Source: an uncultured bacterium
GTDB lineage: Bacteria; Auribacterota; JACPWU01
Assembly: GCA_964640155.1 (NCBI GenBank)
Contig: CAZXEQ010000002.1
Coordinates: 90,001 to 122,000 of the forward strand
DNA length: 32,000 nt
Reading direction: 5' to 3'
Shown here piece by piece: positions 16,546 through 24,879 of this stretch (position 1 is its first letter; each line of letters opens with the position of its first letter). The position numbers and the translations under genes are program-made. The notes beneath the pieces are model-generated. The model saw only the letters and a program-made list of their open reading frames with translations. It searched no databases and was not told the origin of the DNA.

Positions 16546-16731
16546 ACGGGTGACACTCGGCGGGGAGCCCCCCGCCGCGCGCAATTTTTCATGAGCACGG
16601 TGGGGTTGACGAGTGGCAGGACCCGTTTCTTACATAATCCTAAAGGACGGCGAAAAGCCCGAGGACACACTTTTATATACGGAATCAACCATGTCTCAGG
16701 GGCAGGTTTCGATTGACGTAGCCCAAACAGC
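16546..16731. other. GC-rich, highly structured 185-bp island of unknown class (candidate ncRNA, cis-regulatory leader or inserted element)
   Basis: Sharp GC jump in an AT-rich spacer. Nested helices: acgggt (16546-51) with acccgt (16621-26); cactcg (16554-59) with cgagtg (16610-15); and an 8-bp G/C hairpin cggcgggg/ccccgccg (16558-16577) followed by TTTTT at 16585-89. A second bulged helix pairs cccgag-aca with tgtctc-aggg. The island is flanked by the 11-bp direct repeat cctttacaata (16536-46 and 16732-42). Confidence 0.4.
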
Positions 16732-16776
16732 CCTTTACAATATTGAATATAGGCCAACTTACGAAAAGGAGGTTTT

Positions 16777-17547
16777 GTGAATATTCAATCTACTTTGAGC
16801 TTTCCATTTAAAGATTCAAACTGGGTTACAAAATTTTTGATTGGAGGGGTTCTTTCTCTTGTCAGTCTTTTGCCTCTAGCTTGCGGTTTTTTGATCGGAG
16901 AAAATGGTTTTATCAAAGTGCTTACCTATTTACTTTTCCTTCTTCTGTTGGTGGCCTTTCTTGCCCCTCTAGGTTATGCCTACAATATTCTTAAAGGAGC
17001 TCAAAATGCACAGGCTCCTAGTCTTCCTGAATGGAAAGATTGGCCCGCTCTTGTTAAAGATGGCGTAATGGTTTTTGCCGTTTGCCTTGCTTATGGAGTA
17101 GTTGTGTGGGTTTTAAGCTGGATTGTCAGCGTTCTTTCCATACGAATTCCAGTCATTGGTTCTATCTTCTCATTATTACAAATTGTCATTGGCCTTTTAA
17201 GTCTCTTGGCTGGACCTTTTATTGCTGTAGCTCTTTGTAAAATGGCTCAATCTGGCCAAATTATGTCCTCTTTTAAAGTGCTTGAAATTTTAAACGAACT
17301 TAAATCAAAAGCTTCTGAATACATTACGGTTTCATTAATTTTAATCGGAATCATGTATGTCATACGGACTTCATTGGGACTCAATCTTTATGAAACTATG
17401 ATGATTTCAAGAATTTTCACAAGAACAGCCATGAGTTTTCCTTTGGTGGGACTTTTAACACCTTTTGTTATTTTTTGGATGCTGATTGTTTCTTTTAGAA
17501 TGTATGGCGAAATTTACGCAAGCAATAAAACAGCGAACGTTTCTTAA
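16777..17547 (+). CDS. Polytopic membrane protein, DUF4013-like
   Basis: GTG start with an AAGGAGG RBS 5 nt upstream. The N-terminus FPFKDSNWVTKFLIGGVLSL matches my memory of the DUF4013 family opening. There are about 6 hydrophobic segments. Confidence 0.7.
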   Translation: MNIQSTLSFPFKDSNWVTKFLIGGVLSLVSLLPLACGFLIGENGFIKVLTYLLFLLLLVAFLAPLGYAYNILKGAQNAQAPSLPEWKDWPALVKDGVMVFAVCLAYGVVVWVLSWIVSVLSIRIPVIGSIFSLLQIVIGLLSLLAGPFIAVALCKMAQSGQIMSSFKVLEILNELKSKASEYITVSLILIGIMYVIRTSLGLNLYETMMISRIFTRTAMSFPLVGLLTPFVIFWMLIVSFRMYGEIYASNKTANVS

Positions 17548-17577
17548 ATTAAAGAAACGTTCATTAAGAAATAGCAA

Positions 17578-18882
17578 ATGAATTTAAAAGATAAAATCAA
17601 AACCCGTAAAGCCCGGGTCGCAGTTATTGGTTTGGGTTATGTAGGGCTTCCTTTAGCTGTCGAATTTGCCAAAGCAGGCTTTCATGTTCTTGGTTTGGAT
17701 CTCGTAGAAGAAAAGATCAAAGCCATTAACCAAGGCAAATCCTATATTCCTGACATTCCTGCTGATGAGCTTCGATCTCTAGTCCATCAAGGACGGCTCA
17801 AAGCCTCGTCTGATTTTTCTCTCCTTAAAAATATAGACGCTCTGAGCATTTGTGTTCCAACTCCCCTTCGCAAAACAAAAGACCCTGATATTTCTTATAT
17901 TGTGGCAAGCGTCGAAGCAGTAAGTAAGAATTTCAAAAAAGGTCAATTGGTTGTACTGGAGAGCACCACTTATCCAGGAACAACCGAAGAAGTGGTTCGC
18001 CCTATTTTAGAGCAAAAGGGACGAAAAGTTGGGAAAGACTTCTATCTTGCCTTTTCACCAGAAAGAATTGATCCAGGTAATGCCCATTATCAGACGAGCA
18101 ATATCCCTAAAATCATCGGAGGCATCACCCCTCAATGCACTGAAATGGCAATGGCGCTCTATGGAAGCATCATTCAAAAAGTTATTCCTGTTTCTTCTAC
18201 CCAAGCCGCAGAAATGATTAAACTTCTAGAAAATACGTTCCGAGCGGTCAATATTGGGCTTGTTAATGAACTGGCGATTATGTGTAATCACTTAAATATT
18301 GATGTATGGGAAGTCATTGAAGGAGCCGCCACAAAACCATTTGGGTTTATGCCTTTTTATCCAGGGCCAGGGCTTGGAGGACATTGCCTTCCTATCGATC
18401 CCATCTATCTTTCCTGGAAAGCGCGACTTTTAAATTTTGAGGCCCGTTTCATTGATTTGGCAGCTCAAGTGAATGCCCATATGCCCCATCATGTGGTTGA
18501 AATTATTTCAAAAGCCTTGAACGAAGCAGGAAAAGCGCTCAATAATGCTAGAATATTGCTTTTGGGCATAGCTTATAAAAGTGATGTCAATGATGTTCGA
18601 GAATCACCTGCTTTAGATATTTGGAAGCTATTATCTGAACAAAAAGCACAAGTGAGTTATCACGATCCCTATGTCCCTCAAATATCCATTGAAGGATTGT
18701 CTCAGCACAAATCTACCCCACTCACTGCTCAAGATCTCAAAAAGGCAGATTGCGTGGTCATCGTAACCCATCACAAAATCTTAAACTATCCTGATATTGC
18801 AAAACATGCTCGCCTTATTGTTGACACACGAAATGCAATGAAAGGTATAAAAACTAGTAAAGTAAAAATTGTTAAGCTTTAA
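17578..18882 (+). CDS. Nucleotide-sugar dehydrogenase, UDP-N-acetylhexosamine 6-dehydrogenase type (WbpA/WecC/TviB-like)
   Basis: The N-terminal Rossmann motif is VAVIGLGYVGLPLAVEFA. The catalytic cysteine motif GLGGHCLPIDP is typical of the UDP-HexNAc branch rather than the GGSCFPKD of Ugd. Confidence 0.9.
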   Translation: MNLKDKIKTRKARVAVIGLGYVGLPLAVEFAKAGFHVLGLDLVEEKIKAINQGKSYIPDIPADELRSLVHQGRLKASSDFSLLKNIDALSICVPTPLRKTKDPDISYIVASVEAVSKNFKKGQLVVLESTTYPGTTEEVVRPILEQKGRKVGKDFYLAFSPERIDPGNAHYQTSNIPKIIGGITPQCTEMAMALYGSIIQKVIPVSSTQAAEMIKLLENTFRAVNIGLVNELAIMCNHLNIDVWEVIEGAATKPFGFMPFYPGPGLGGHCLPIDPIYLSWKARLLNFEARFIDLAAQVNAHMPHHVVEIISKALNEAGKALNNARILLLGIAYKSDVNDVRESPALDIWKLLSEQKAQVSYHDPYVPQISIEGLSQHKSTPLTAQDLKKADCVVIVTHHKILNYPDIAKHARLIVDTRNAMKGIKTSKVKIVKL

Positions 18883-18966
18883 TTACTCCGCCACTTGTTA
18901 ATTACTAAAATTTGATCTTGTTTTTCATAGTTGTACTTTCCGTCCTAATTTCAGTATCCTTCTTTT

Positions 18967-19929
18967 ATGATTCGATCTTTGGTCACCGGCGGAGCCGGTT
19001 TCATTGGTTCACATATGGTTCAAGCTCTTTTAAAAAAGGGACATCGGGTACGTGTTTTGGATAATTTTTCAACTGGTAAACACGAAAATTTAGCTCCTGT
19101 TCGAGAGTCAATTGAAATTTTAGAAGGCGATCTTGCTAACCAAAAAACCGTTCAACAATCGGTTAAAGAAATTGATTTTATTTTCCATATGGGAGCTATG
19201 CCCTCGGTTGCACGTTCTGTGGAAGATCCCTTACTGGTTCATCAAGCTAATGTACAAGGGACATTACATCTTTTACTGGCAGCACGAGAAGCAAAGGCAA
19301 AACGCCTTGTTTACTCTTCTAGTTCTTCTATTTATGGAGATCAACCCGAACTCCCCAAAAAAGAAGAGATGACACCAGATCCTTTAAGTCCTTATGCACT
19401 GTCTAAACTCTCAGGAGAATATTATTGCTCTATTTTTCACTCTATCTACGGAGTCCCTACAATTTCACTGCGCTATTTTAACGTGTTTGGCCCTAGACAA
19501 GATCCCAATTCTCTTTATTCAGCTGTTATTCCACGCTTTGTCACTAAACTTCTAAGTAAAAGTTCCCCTATTATTTATGGCGACGGTAAACAAACCCGAG
19601 ACTTTACGTTTATAGAAGATGTGATCCAGGCTAATTTGAAAGCGTCCGAAGCTCCTTCAAATACATTGGGAAAAGCATTCAACATTGCAGGGGGGAAATC
19701 CTATTCATTACTTCAGCTTTTAGGCGAAATTCAGAAAATCTTAGGTATTACCATTCAACCCTCTTTTGAACCTGCACGTTCGGGAGATATTAGAGATTCG
19801 TTGGCCTCTATTCAAAAAGCCAAAGAAGCTTTTGAGTTTAACCCCACTCACACCTTACAACAAGGGCTTGAAAAAACGGTTGTTTGGTTTGTAGAAAATT
19901 GGCAAAAAAAGAAAATCTCTCATGCCTGA
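18967..19929 (+). CDS. NAD-dependent epimerase/dehydratase (extended SDR), probable UDP-sugar 4-epimerase (WbpP/TviC-like)
   Basis: VTGGAGFIGSH (TGxxGxxG) and the catalytic YALSK (YxxxK). 320 aa, immediately downstream of the dehydrogenase. Confidence 0.9.
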   Translation: MIRSLVTGGAGFIGSHMVQALLKKGHRVRVLDNFSTGKHENLAPVRESIEILEGDLANQKTVQQSVKEIDFIFHMGAMPSVARSVEDPLLVHQANVQGTLHLLLAAREAKAKRLVYSSSSSIYGDQPELPKKEEMTPDPLSPYALSKLSGEYYCSIFHSIYGVPTISLRYFNVFGPRQDPNSLYSAVIPRFVTKLLSKSSPIIYGDGKQTRDFTFIEDVIQANLKASEAPSNTLGKAFNIAGGKSYSLLQLLGEIQKILGITIQPSFEPARSGDIRDSLASIQKAKEAFEFNPTHTLQQGLEKTVVWFVENWQKKKISHA

Positions 19930-20590
19930 CAATCTCTTTTCTGAAATACGTGACTATTTAGACATACAACATTCGCTTGGAAAAAAAAGAGTTCTTTACT
20001 CTCCTAAAGTAAGCATTCCTTCACAACAAACACTTTCTACTAAAGAAGAATCATGGGATTCATTTCGAGAGAAAGTCCTCGAATGCACTCAATGCAGTCT
20101 TTGTAAAGAACGCACCCAAGTGGTTTTTGGCGAAGGCAATGAAAGCGCTACTCTTGTTTTTGTGGGAGAAGGCCCTGGTTTTGACGAAGATACACAAGGA
20201 AGACCTTTTGTTGGAAAAGCAGGACAGCTTTTAACTAAAATGATTGAAGCCATGAACTTGAAAAGAGAAGATGTCTACATTGCTAACATTGTTAAATGTC
20301 GACCTCCTCAAAATCGAACGCCTCAGCCAGATGAAATACAAAGTTGCTTCCCCTATTTAGTCAAACAACTAGAAAAAATTAAACCCAAAATCATTTGTGC
20401 TCTTGGCAATGTGGCTGCACAAACTTTACTTCAAACAAGCCAAACCATTAGTAGACTACGCGGCATGTTTCATGAGATAAATGGCATACAAATCATGCCC
20501 ACCTTCCATCCTGCTTATCTATTAAGAAATCCAGAGTTTAAACGAGAGGTGTGGAGAGATTTACAAATGATCATGGAAAAACTAAAATAG
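19922..20590 (+). CDS. Uracil-DNA glycosylase, family 4 (Fe-S type)
   Basis: Cys cluster CTQCSLC, motif A VGEGPGFDEDTQGRPFVGKAGQLL and motif B FHPAYLLRNP. The start overlaps the epimerase stop by 8 nt (ATGCCTGA). Confidence 0.9.
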   Translation: MPDNLFSEIRDYLDIQHSLGKKRVLYSPKVSIPSQQTLSTKEESWDSFREKVLECTQCSLCKERTQVVFGEGNESATLVFVGEGPGFDEDTQGRPFVGKAGQLLTKMIEAMNLKREDVYIANIVKCRPPQNRTPQPDEIQSCFPYLVKQLEKIKPKIICALGNVAAQTLLQTSQTISRLRGMFHEINGIQIMPTFHPAYLLRNPEFKREVWRDLQMIMEKLK

Positions 20591-20627
20591 TAATTCGAAG
20601 TTTGTTTTTACCAAATACGGTGTTTTT

Positions 20628-22619
20628 ATGTACGCTCACATCTTTTTTGAAATTCCTCTTGATCATGGTTTTGATTATAAAATTCCAGATCATCTCCTTG
20701 ATAAAACATTTCCTGGTATGCGCGTTCTTGCTCCATTCGGAAAATCTCAAAAAACCGGATATGTCATTCAAAAGATTCATCAACCTAGCGTCAAAGAGGT
20801 TAAAGAAATCTTTGATGTTCTGGATGTAACTCCCATCTTGAGTCCTAAACTTCTTGAACTTGCACACTGGATTTCGGATTACTATTTATGCCCCTTAGGA
20901 CTGGTTCTTAAAAGTATTTTGCCCGCCCCTATTCGCAAATTTCGTTCGAAGACTCAAGTCCTCTTAGAAACAAAATCCATTGAACCTGCATTAGAAAAAC
21001 CTCATGTTTTAAATGAAGAACAAAAAATAGCATGGGAAAACATTTCTAAATCGATTGATCAAAATATTTTTTCTACCACTCTCATTCATGGCATTACGGG
21101 TAGCGGAAAAACAGAATTATATCTTCTGGCCATTGCTCATGTTCTTGCCCAAGGGAAAAGTGCCATTGTCCTTGTCCCTGAAATTTCTTTAACTCCTCAA
21201 ACTGCACAACGCGTAAAAAATCGTTTCGGGAAAATTGTAGCCCTTCTTCATAGCCGTATGTCAGAGGGCGACCGATCGACAGAATGGGAAAGAATTCGTG
21301 AAGGAGATGCCCAGATTATAGTGGGTCCTCGTTCTGCATTATTTGCTCCCGTCAAACAATTAGGACTTATCATTGTGGATGAAGAACATGAAAAATCATA
21401 CAAACAAGAAGAACTACCCCGTTATCATGCCCGCGATGTAGCCATTATGAGAGGGAAATTGGAGAATATCCCTGTTTTACTGGGAAGCGCAACACCTTCT
21501 CTAGAATCCTATTTCAATGCTCAAGAAGGACGCTATCAGTTGCTCACGCTCAAAAAAAGAATTGAGAACCGACCTCTTCCTCCCGTACATATTATCGATA
21601 TGAGAAGAGAAGTTGAAGTATTGGGAAGAGTTTTCAGTTTTTCTAAAAGTTTACAAAAAGCACTTGAAAAAAGATTAGAGCAAAAAGAGCAATCGATTCT
21701 CTTTCTCAATCGTCGGGGATACGCCCCTGTCGTGATCTGTCCTCATTGTGGTGAAATTCTTAATTGCCATCAATGTGACCAGTCTATGACGTATCACCAG
21801 ACAAAAGAAAAATTGATATGCCATTTATGTGATTCACAAAAAGACGTTCCTAAAAATTGTCCCCATTGTGGCAAAACGAAACTTCATCACTTGGGGGCTG
21901 GCACGCAAAGAATCGAGACCCATTTAGAAAAAATTTTTCCTAGAACTCGGATTCAAAGAATGGATACGGACTCCACAAAAACAAAAGATGCACATGGGAA
22001 AATCTTAGATCAATTTCATAAAGGAGAGATTGAAATTTTAGTGGGAACACAGATGATTGCAAAAGGCTTGGATTTTCCTAATGTCACTCTGGTCGGAGTC
22101 TTAAGTGCTGATATTGCGATGAATCTTCCTGATTTTAGAATGGGGGAACATACTTTTCAATTACTCACACAGGTTGCAGGAAGAGCAGGAAGAGGAGATA
22201 AACCTGGAGAAGTTTTAGTGCAAACTTTTACGCCCATGCATCCCATTATTCGTGCCGCCGTTCAGCATGATTATGAAAAATTTTACGAAACTGAAATGGG
22301 ATTTAGGAAACAATTGGGTTATCCCCCCTTCTATCGCATCATGTGTTTTTTGGTTGATGGATCTTCCAATACAAAGGTCATTGAAATATCAAAAAAAATA
22401 AGTGAGAAATTTAAAACTCTTCTTCCCTCTCATTCACGTATTCTAGGTCCTCAAGCAGCCCCTCTTTCAAAATTGAAGGGGAAATTTCGATGGCAGGTTA
22501 TTCTCTTTTATCCACGAGGGAAAAACATTCATGAAAGCGCTAGAAAAATCTTAGAAAATTTCAAAGAAGAAAAAAGCGTGAGAATTTCACTCGATGTGGA
22601 TCCGGTGTCATTGATCTGA
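20628..22619 (+). CDS. priA: Primosomal protein N' (replication restart helicase PriA)
   Basis: Walker A GITGSGKTE, the DEEH box IVDEEHE, and a Cys-rich zinc region CPHCGEILNCHQCDQSMTYH...CHLCD...CPHCG. 663 aa. Confidence 0.95.
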   Translation: MYAHIFFEIPLDHGFDYKIPDHLLDKTFPGMRVLAPFGKSQKTGYVIQKIHQPSVKEVKEIFDVLDVTPILSPKLLELAHWISDYYLCPLGLVLKSILPAPIRKFRSKTQVLLETKSIEPALEKPHVLNEEQKIAWENISKSIDQNIFSTTLIHGITGSGKTELYLLAIAHVLAQGKSAIVLVPEISLTPQTAQRVKNRFGKIVALLHSRMSEGDRSTEWERIREGDAQIIVGPRSALFAPVKQLGLIIVDEEHEKSYKQEELPRYHARDVAIMRGKLENIPVLLGSATPSLESYFNAQEGRYQLLTLKKRIENRPLPPVHIIDMRREVEVLGRVFSFSKSLQKALEKRLEQKEQSILFLNRRGYAPVVICPHCGEILNCHQCDQSMTYHQTKEKLICHLCDSQKDVPKNCPHCGKTKLHHLGAGTQRIETHLEKIFPRTRIQRMDTDSTKTKDAHGKILDQFHKGEIEILVGTQMIAKGLDFPNVTLVGVLSADIAMNLPDFRMGEHTFQLLTQVAGRAGRGDKPGEVLVQTFTPMHPIIRAAVQHDYEKFYETEMGFRKQLGYPPFYRIMCFLVDGSSNTKVIEISKKISEKFKTLLPSHSRILGPQAAPLSKLKGKFRWQVILFYPRGKNIHESARKILENFKEEKSVRISLDVDPVSLI

Positions 22620-22640
22620 CGTATAGGGATGCGTGTTGCG

Positions 22641-24032
22641 TTATTCATATGTCTTTTGAATTTTCTGGGCTACATCCTTAAAAGCAATGTCTACTTCGAA
22701 AATCTTTTTATATTCTGCAGTGGCTTTTGCTGTTTGTTTTGTTGCTTCATACACAAGGCCTAAATTATAAATCACATCTTTTTTAAATTGATCCATGTCG
22801 ATTAATTCATCTAAAACTTTTAAGAATTGCTTTTCGGCCAAATCATAAAATTTGCTTTCCTTAAAGCAAAGTCCCAAGTAATACAAAGAGCGCGTGCGCT
22901 TTTGCGGATCTTTTACTGCCTGCTGAAACTCTTGAATCGCATCATTCCATTGTCCCAACTCAAAATAAAGATACCCTAGTTCATATCGATAGAGAAGATT
23001 GTTAGGATAATGTTCAACCCGTTTTTTACAATCTATTAAAATAATTTCTTTTTTCTTTTTCTGAAGATCTTCAAATTCGCTTAAGAGTTGCGCATTATTT
23101 GAATCCCTGGAAAGAGCATTTTTTACCGTCATCATCTGAGCATTTATTTTTTGAGTACTCAAATCCGATATTTTCTTTTGAATACTTTCATCAAAAGATA
23201 CAAGTGCAGAAAGCTTTCGATTGATTACGATAGCATCGTCCCATGATTGATTTTGTTCAAGAAGTTTTGCTAATTCTTTTAAGAGAGTAATATTTTCAGG
23301 TTCTGTCTCAAGTTTTTTATGAATATCTTCTATCAATAGAGCGAGATCTTCTTCTGTTTTGACTCGTTTAGCTCCTTTTTCTAAAATTTCCGCTCCAGAC
23401 TCATCTCGAATTTTTTGGCGATAATTTGTTGTATCTGTCCATCCGCCTTGCTCAATCGTCTTCATGGCAGCTAAATCCTTCAATCCCCTTAAAGCCACTG
23501 GATCTGAAGAAGATAAACGTAAGGCTTCTTCGAAGAGTTTGCGTGCTTTCTCTAAATTTTTGACCTTGGCATATAAATGGGCAAGTAAGTTAATCACTTT
23601 AACATCGGAAGTGATTGTTTTTTTCAAAATCTCTAAAGCATCAATCGCAGCTTGATTCCAATTTAAAGCTGCAGCACATTCTGAAAATTTCTTAAGAGCA
23701 AAAACAGAGGAAGGATTCACCTGAAACATTTTTTCTAAAGCATCCACAGCTGAAATCCACTGATCTCGGGAGATTAAAAGAATAATTCTAAGACGTAAAG
23801 GAATGAGGAGCATCTCATTTAAATATTCCTTTAGTTTTGAATCTTTCTTCGCATCCATTCTTTTGATCTGAGTTACTCTCAAAAGGCTTCTCGCCTTTTG
23901 AAAATCAGGATAGGAAATTAAAAGATTTTTGAGAAGGGCCTGTGCATAATCAAAATTGCTTCTATCAAAAGCCTCTTTTGCTTTTTGATAGAAATTCTGA
24001 GCGTTTTTATTTTTTTCTACTTCATCAGACAT
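22641..24032 (-). CDS. TPR-repeat protein
   Basis: Repeated 34-aa A/Y/L-patterned helices, e.g. YELGYLYFELGQWNDAIQEFQQAVKDP and LYYLGLCFKESKFYDLAEKQFLKVL. The track start at 24074 is a TTG. I prefer the ATG at 24032 (MSDEVEKNK). Confidence 0.75.
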   Translation of the reverse strand: MSDEVEKNKNAQNFYQKAKEAFDRSNFDYAQALLKNLLISYPDFQKARSLLRVTQIKRMDAKKDSKLKEYLNEMLLIPLRLRIILLISRDQWISAVDALEKMFQVNPSSVFALKKFSECAAALNWNQAAIDALEILKKTITSDVKVINLLAHLYAKVKNLEKARKLFEEALRLSSSDPVALRGLKDLAAMKTIEQGGWTDTTNYRQKIRDESGAEILEKGAKRVKTEEDLALLIEDIHKKLETEPENITLLKELAKLLEQNQSWDDAIVINRKLSALVSFDESIQKKISDLSTQKINAQMMTVKNALSRDSNNAQLLSEFEDLQKKKKEIILIDCKKRVEHYPNNLLYRYELGYLYFELGQWNDAIQEFQQAVKDPQKRTRSLYYLGLCFKESKFYDLAEKQFLKVLDELIDMDQFKKDVIYNLGLVYEATKQTAKATAEYKKIFEVDIAFKDVAQKIQKTYE

Positions 24033-24129
24033 ATTTTTTCTTTTTACTAAGCCAGTAAAATGACAGTAAAACAAAAATGTTTGCTTTAGTATATCGCACT
24101 CTTAATAAAAAAAATAGTTCAACATACAA

Positions 24130-24280
24130 AAAAAGGAAGAATTGCTTTTCGCAGACCGTTGATGAGGCTTGTGACCATGGCGTGCCGACATAACGTCGAC
24201 ACGAACAAGCCGAATCATCGAGTAAATTTTCATCGGTGGTGAAAATTTACGTGTCCTAGAAAAGCAATTCTTCCCTTTTT
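24130..24280. repeat. Inverted-repeat-bounded, GC-enriched structured element of about 150 bp (candidate ncRNA or MITE)
   Basis: A perfect 16-bp closing inverted repeat pairs ggaagaattgcttttc (24135-50) with gaaaagcaattcttcc (24259-74). It extends to 21 bp through flanking A5/T5 with one bulge. Inside are a 12-bp bulged helix (24161-72 with 24205-19), an apical 8-bp helix (24182-89 with 24195-202) and a perfect 11-bp hairpin gtaaattttca/tgaaaatttac (24222-32 with 24240-50). Confidence 0.45.
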
Positions 24281-24304
24281 CCCTGTCAGTTAAAGGGTAA
24301 AGTT

Positions 24305-24313
24305 TGGTATAAT
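24305..24313 (+). promoter_or_regulatory. Extended -10 element (TGgTATAAT) just upstream of def
   Basis: TGG at 24305-07 plus TATAAT at 24308-13. The hexamer ends 14 nt before the def ATG. There is no convincing -35 and no Shine-Dalgarno in between. Confidence 0.3.
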
Positions 24314-24327
24314 ATGGTTATTACTAT

Positions 24328-24879
24328 ATGATACGAGAAATCAAAACTTATCCAGATCCTGTATTAAGACTCAAGGCTGAAGAGGTCAAAACCTTTGATG
24401 CCAAGCTGCAATCACTTGTCCAAGATATGGTTGAGACAATGAAAGAAGCAGGTGGTATTGGGCTTGCAGCCCCTCAAATTGGGGTTTCTCAGCGTGTGCT
24501 TGTCCTGGACCTTCAGAAAGGACCTCAAGGGCGTTGGGCCATTATCAATCCAACCTTACAAATCAGTGGTGAGCCTGAATCAGGAGAAGAAGGATGTCTT
24601 TCCATTCCTGGGATTTCTGGCGTAGTGACACGGTTAAATCGTGTCCAGCTCAAAGGATTTAATCCTAAGGGAGAGTTAATTCAATTGGACGCTGAAGGTC
24701 TTTTAGCACGCGCCCTTCAGCATGAAGTAGACCATTTGGATGGAATTTTTTTCGTAGATCGACTCAGTCCTGTTAGAAGAGCCCTTGTGTCTGGAAAACT
24801 TAAACGTCTAGAAAAAGATTTTGCTGCAGGGAAAAAAGTAGCACAACCTCTGCGAGAAAATGCTGAAAGTCTACTCTAA
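24328..24879 (+). CDS. def: Peptide deformylase
   Basis: All three PDF motifs are present: GIGLAAPQIG, EGCLS and HEVDHL. Confidence 0.95.
   Translation: MIREIKTYPDPVLRLKAEEVKTFDAKLQSLVQDMVETMKEAGGIGLAAPQIGVSQRVLVLDLQKGPQGRWAIINPTLQISGEPESGEEGCLSIPGISGVVTRLNRVQLKGFNPKGELIQLDAEGLLARALQHEVDHLDGIFFVDRLSPVRRALVSGKLKRLEKDFAAGKKVAQPLRENAESLL

Noticed and set aside
16546-16731. Assigning the GC-rich island to a known RNA class (tmRNA, RNase P RNA, SRP/4.5S, 6S, tRNA, or the yybP-ykoY, guanidine-I or ZTP riboswitches)
   Set aside because: There is no tRNA-like acceptor/T-arm or CCA-proximal end, no GAGGAAAGUCC-type P4 sequence and no GGAAGCAG SRP domain-IV motif. The 5' and 3' ends do not form a 6S-like closing stem. 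The riboswitch resemblances are limited to a few short words in the wrong spacing. This cannot be settled without covariance-model searches.
16539-16757. 72-aa minus-strand ORF (Arg/Pro-rich) covering the GC-rich island
   Set aside because: Its composition is what a GC-rich non-coding segment gives on translation. It has no RBS, and the segment is densely self-complementary. I treat it as an RNA or DNA element, not a gene.
17535-17562. Perfect 11-bp hairpin gaacgtttctt/aagaaacgttc as an intrinsic terminator after the DUF4013-like gene
   Set aside because: No U-tract follows, and the next gene starts 16 nt later on the same strand. It is more likely an mRNA stability or processing structure or a coincidence, so I mention it only under the glycan-gene finding.
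20551-20867. Track ORFs 20551..20829 (+) and 20571..20867 (-)
   Set aside because: They overlap the UDG 3' end and the priA 5' end, have Phe/Leu/Ile/Lys-rich translations and show no RBS. The priA frame has the real signal.
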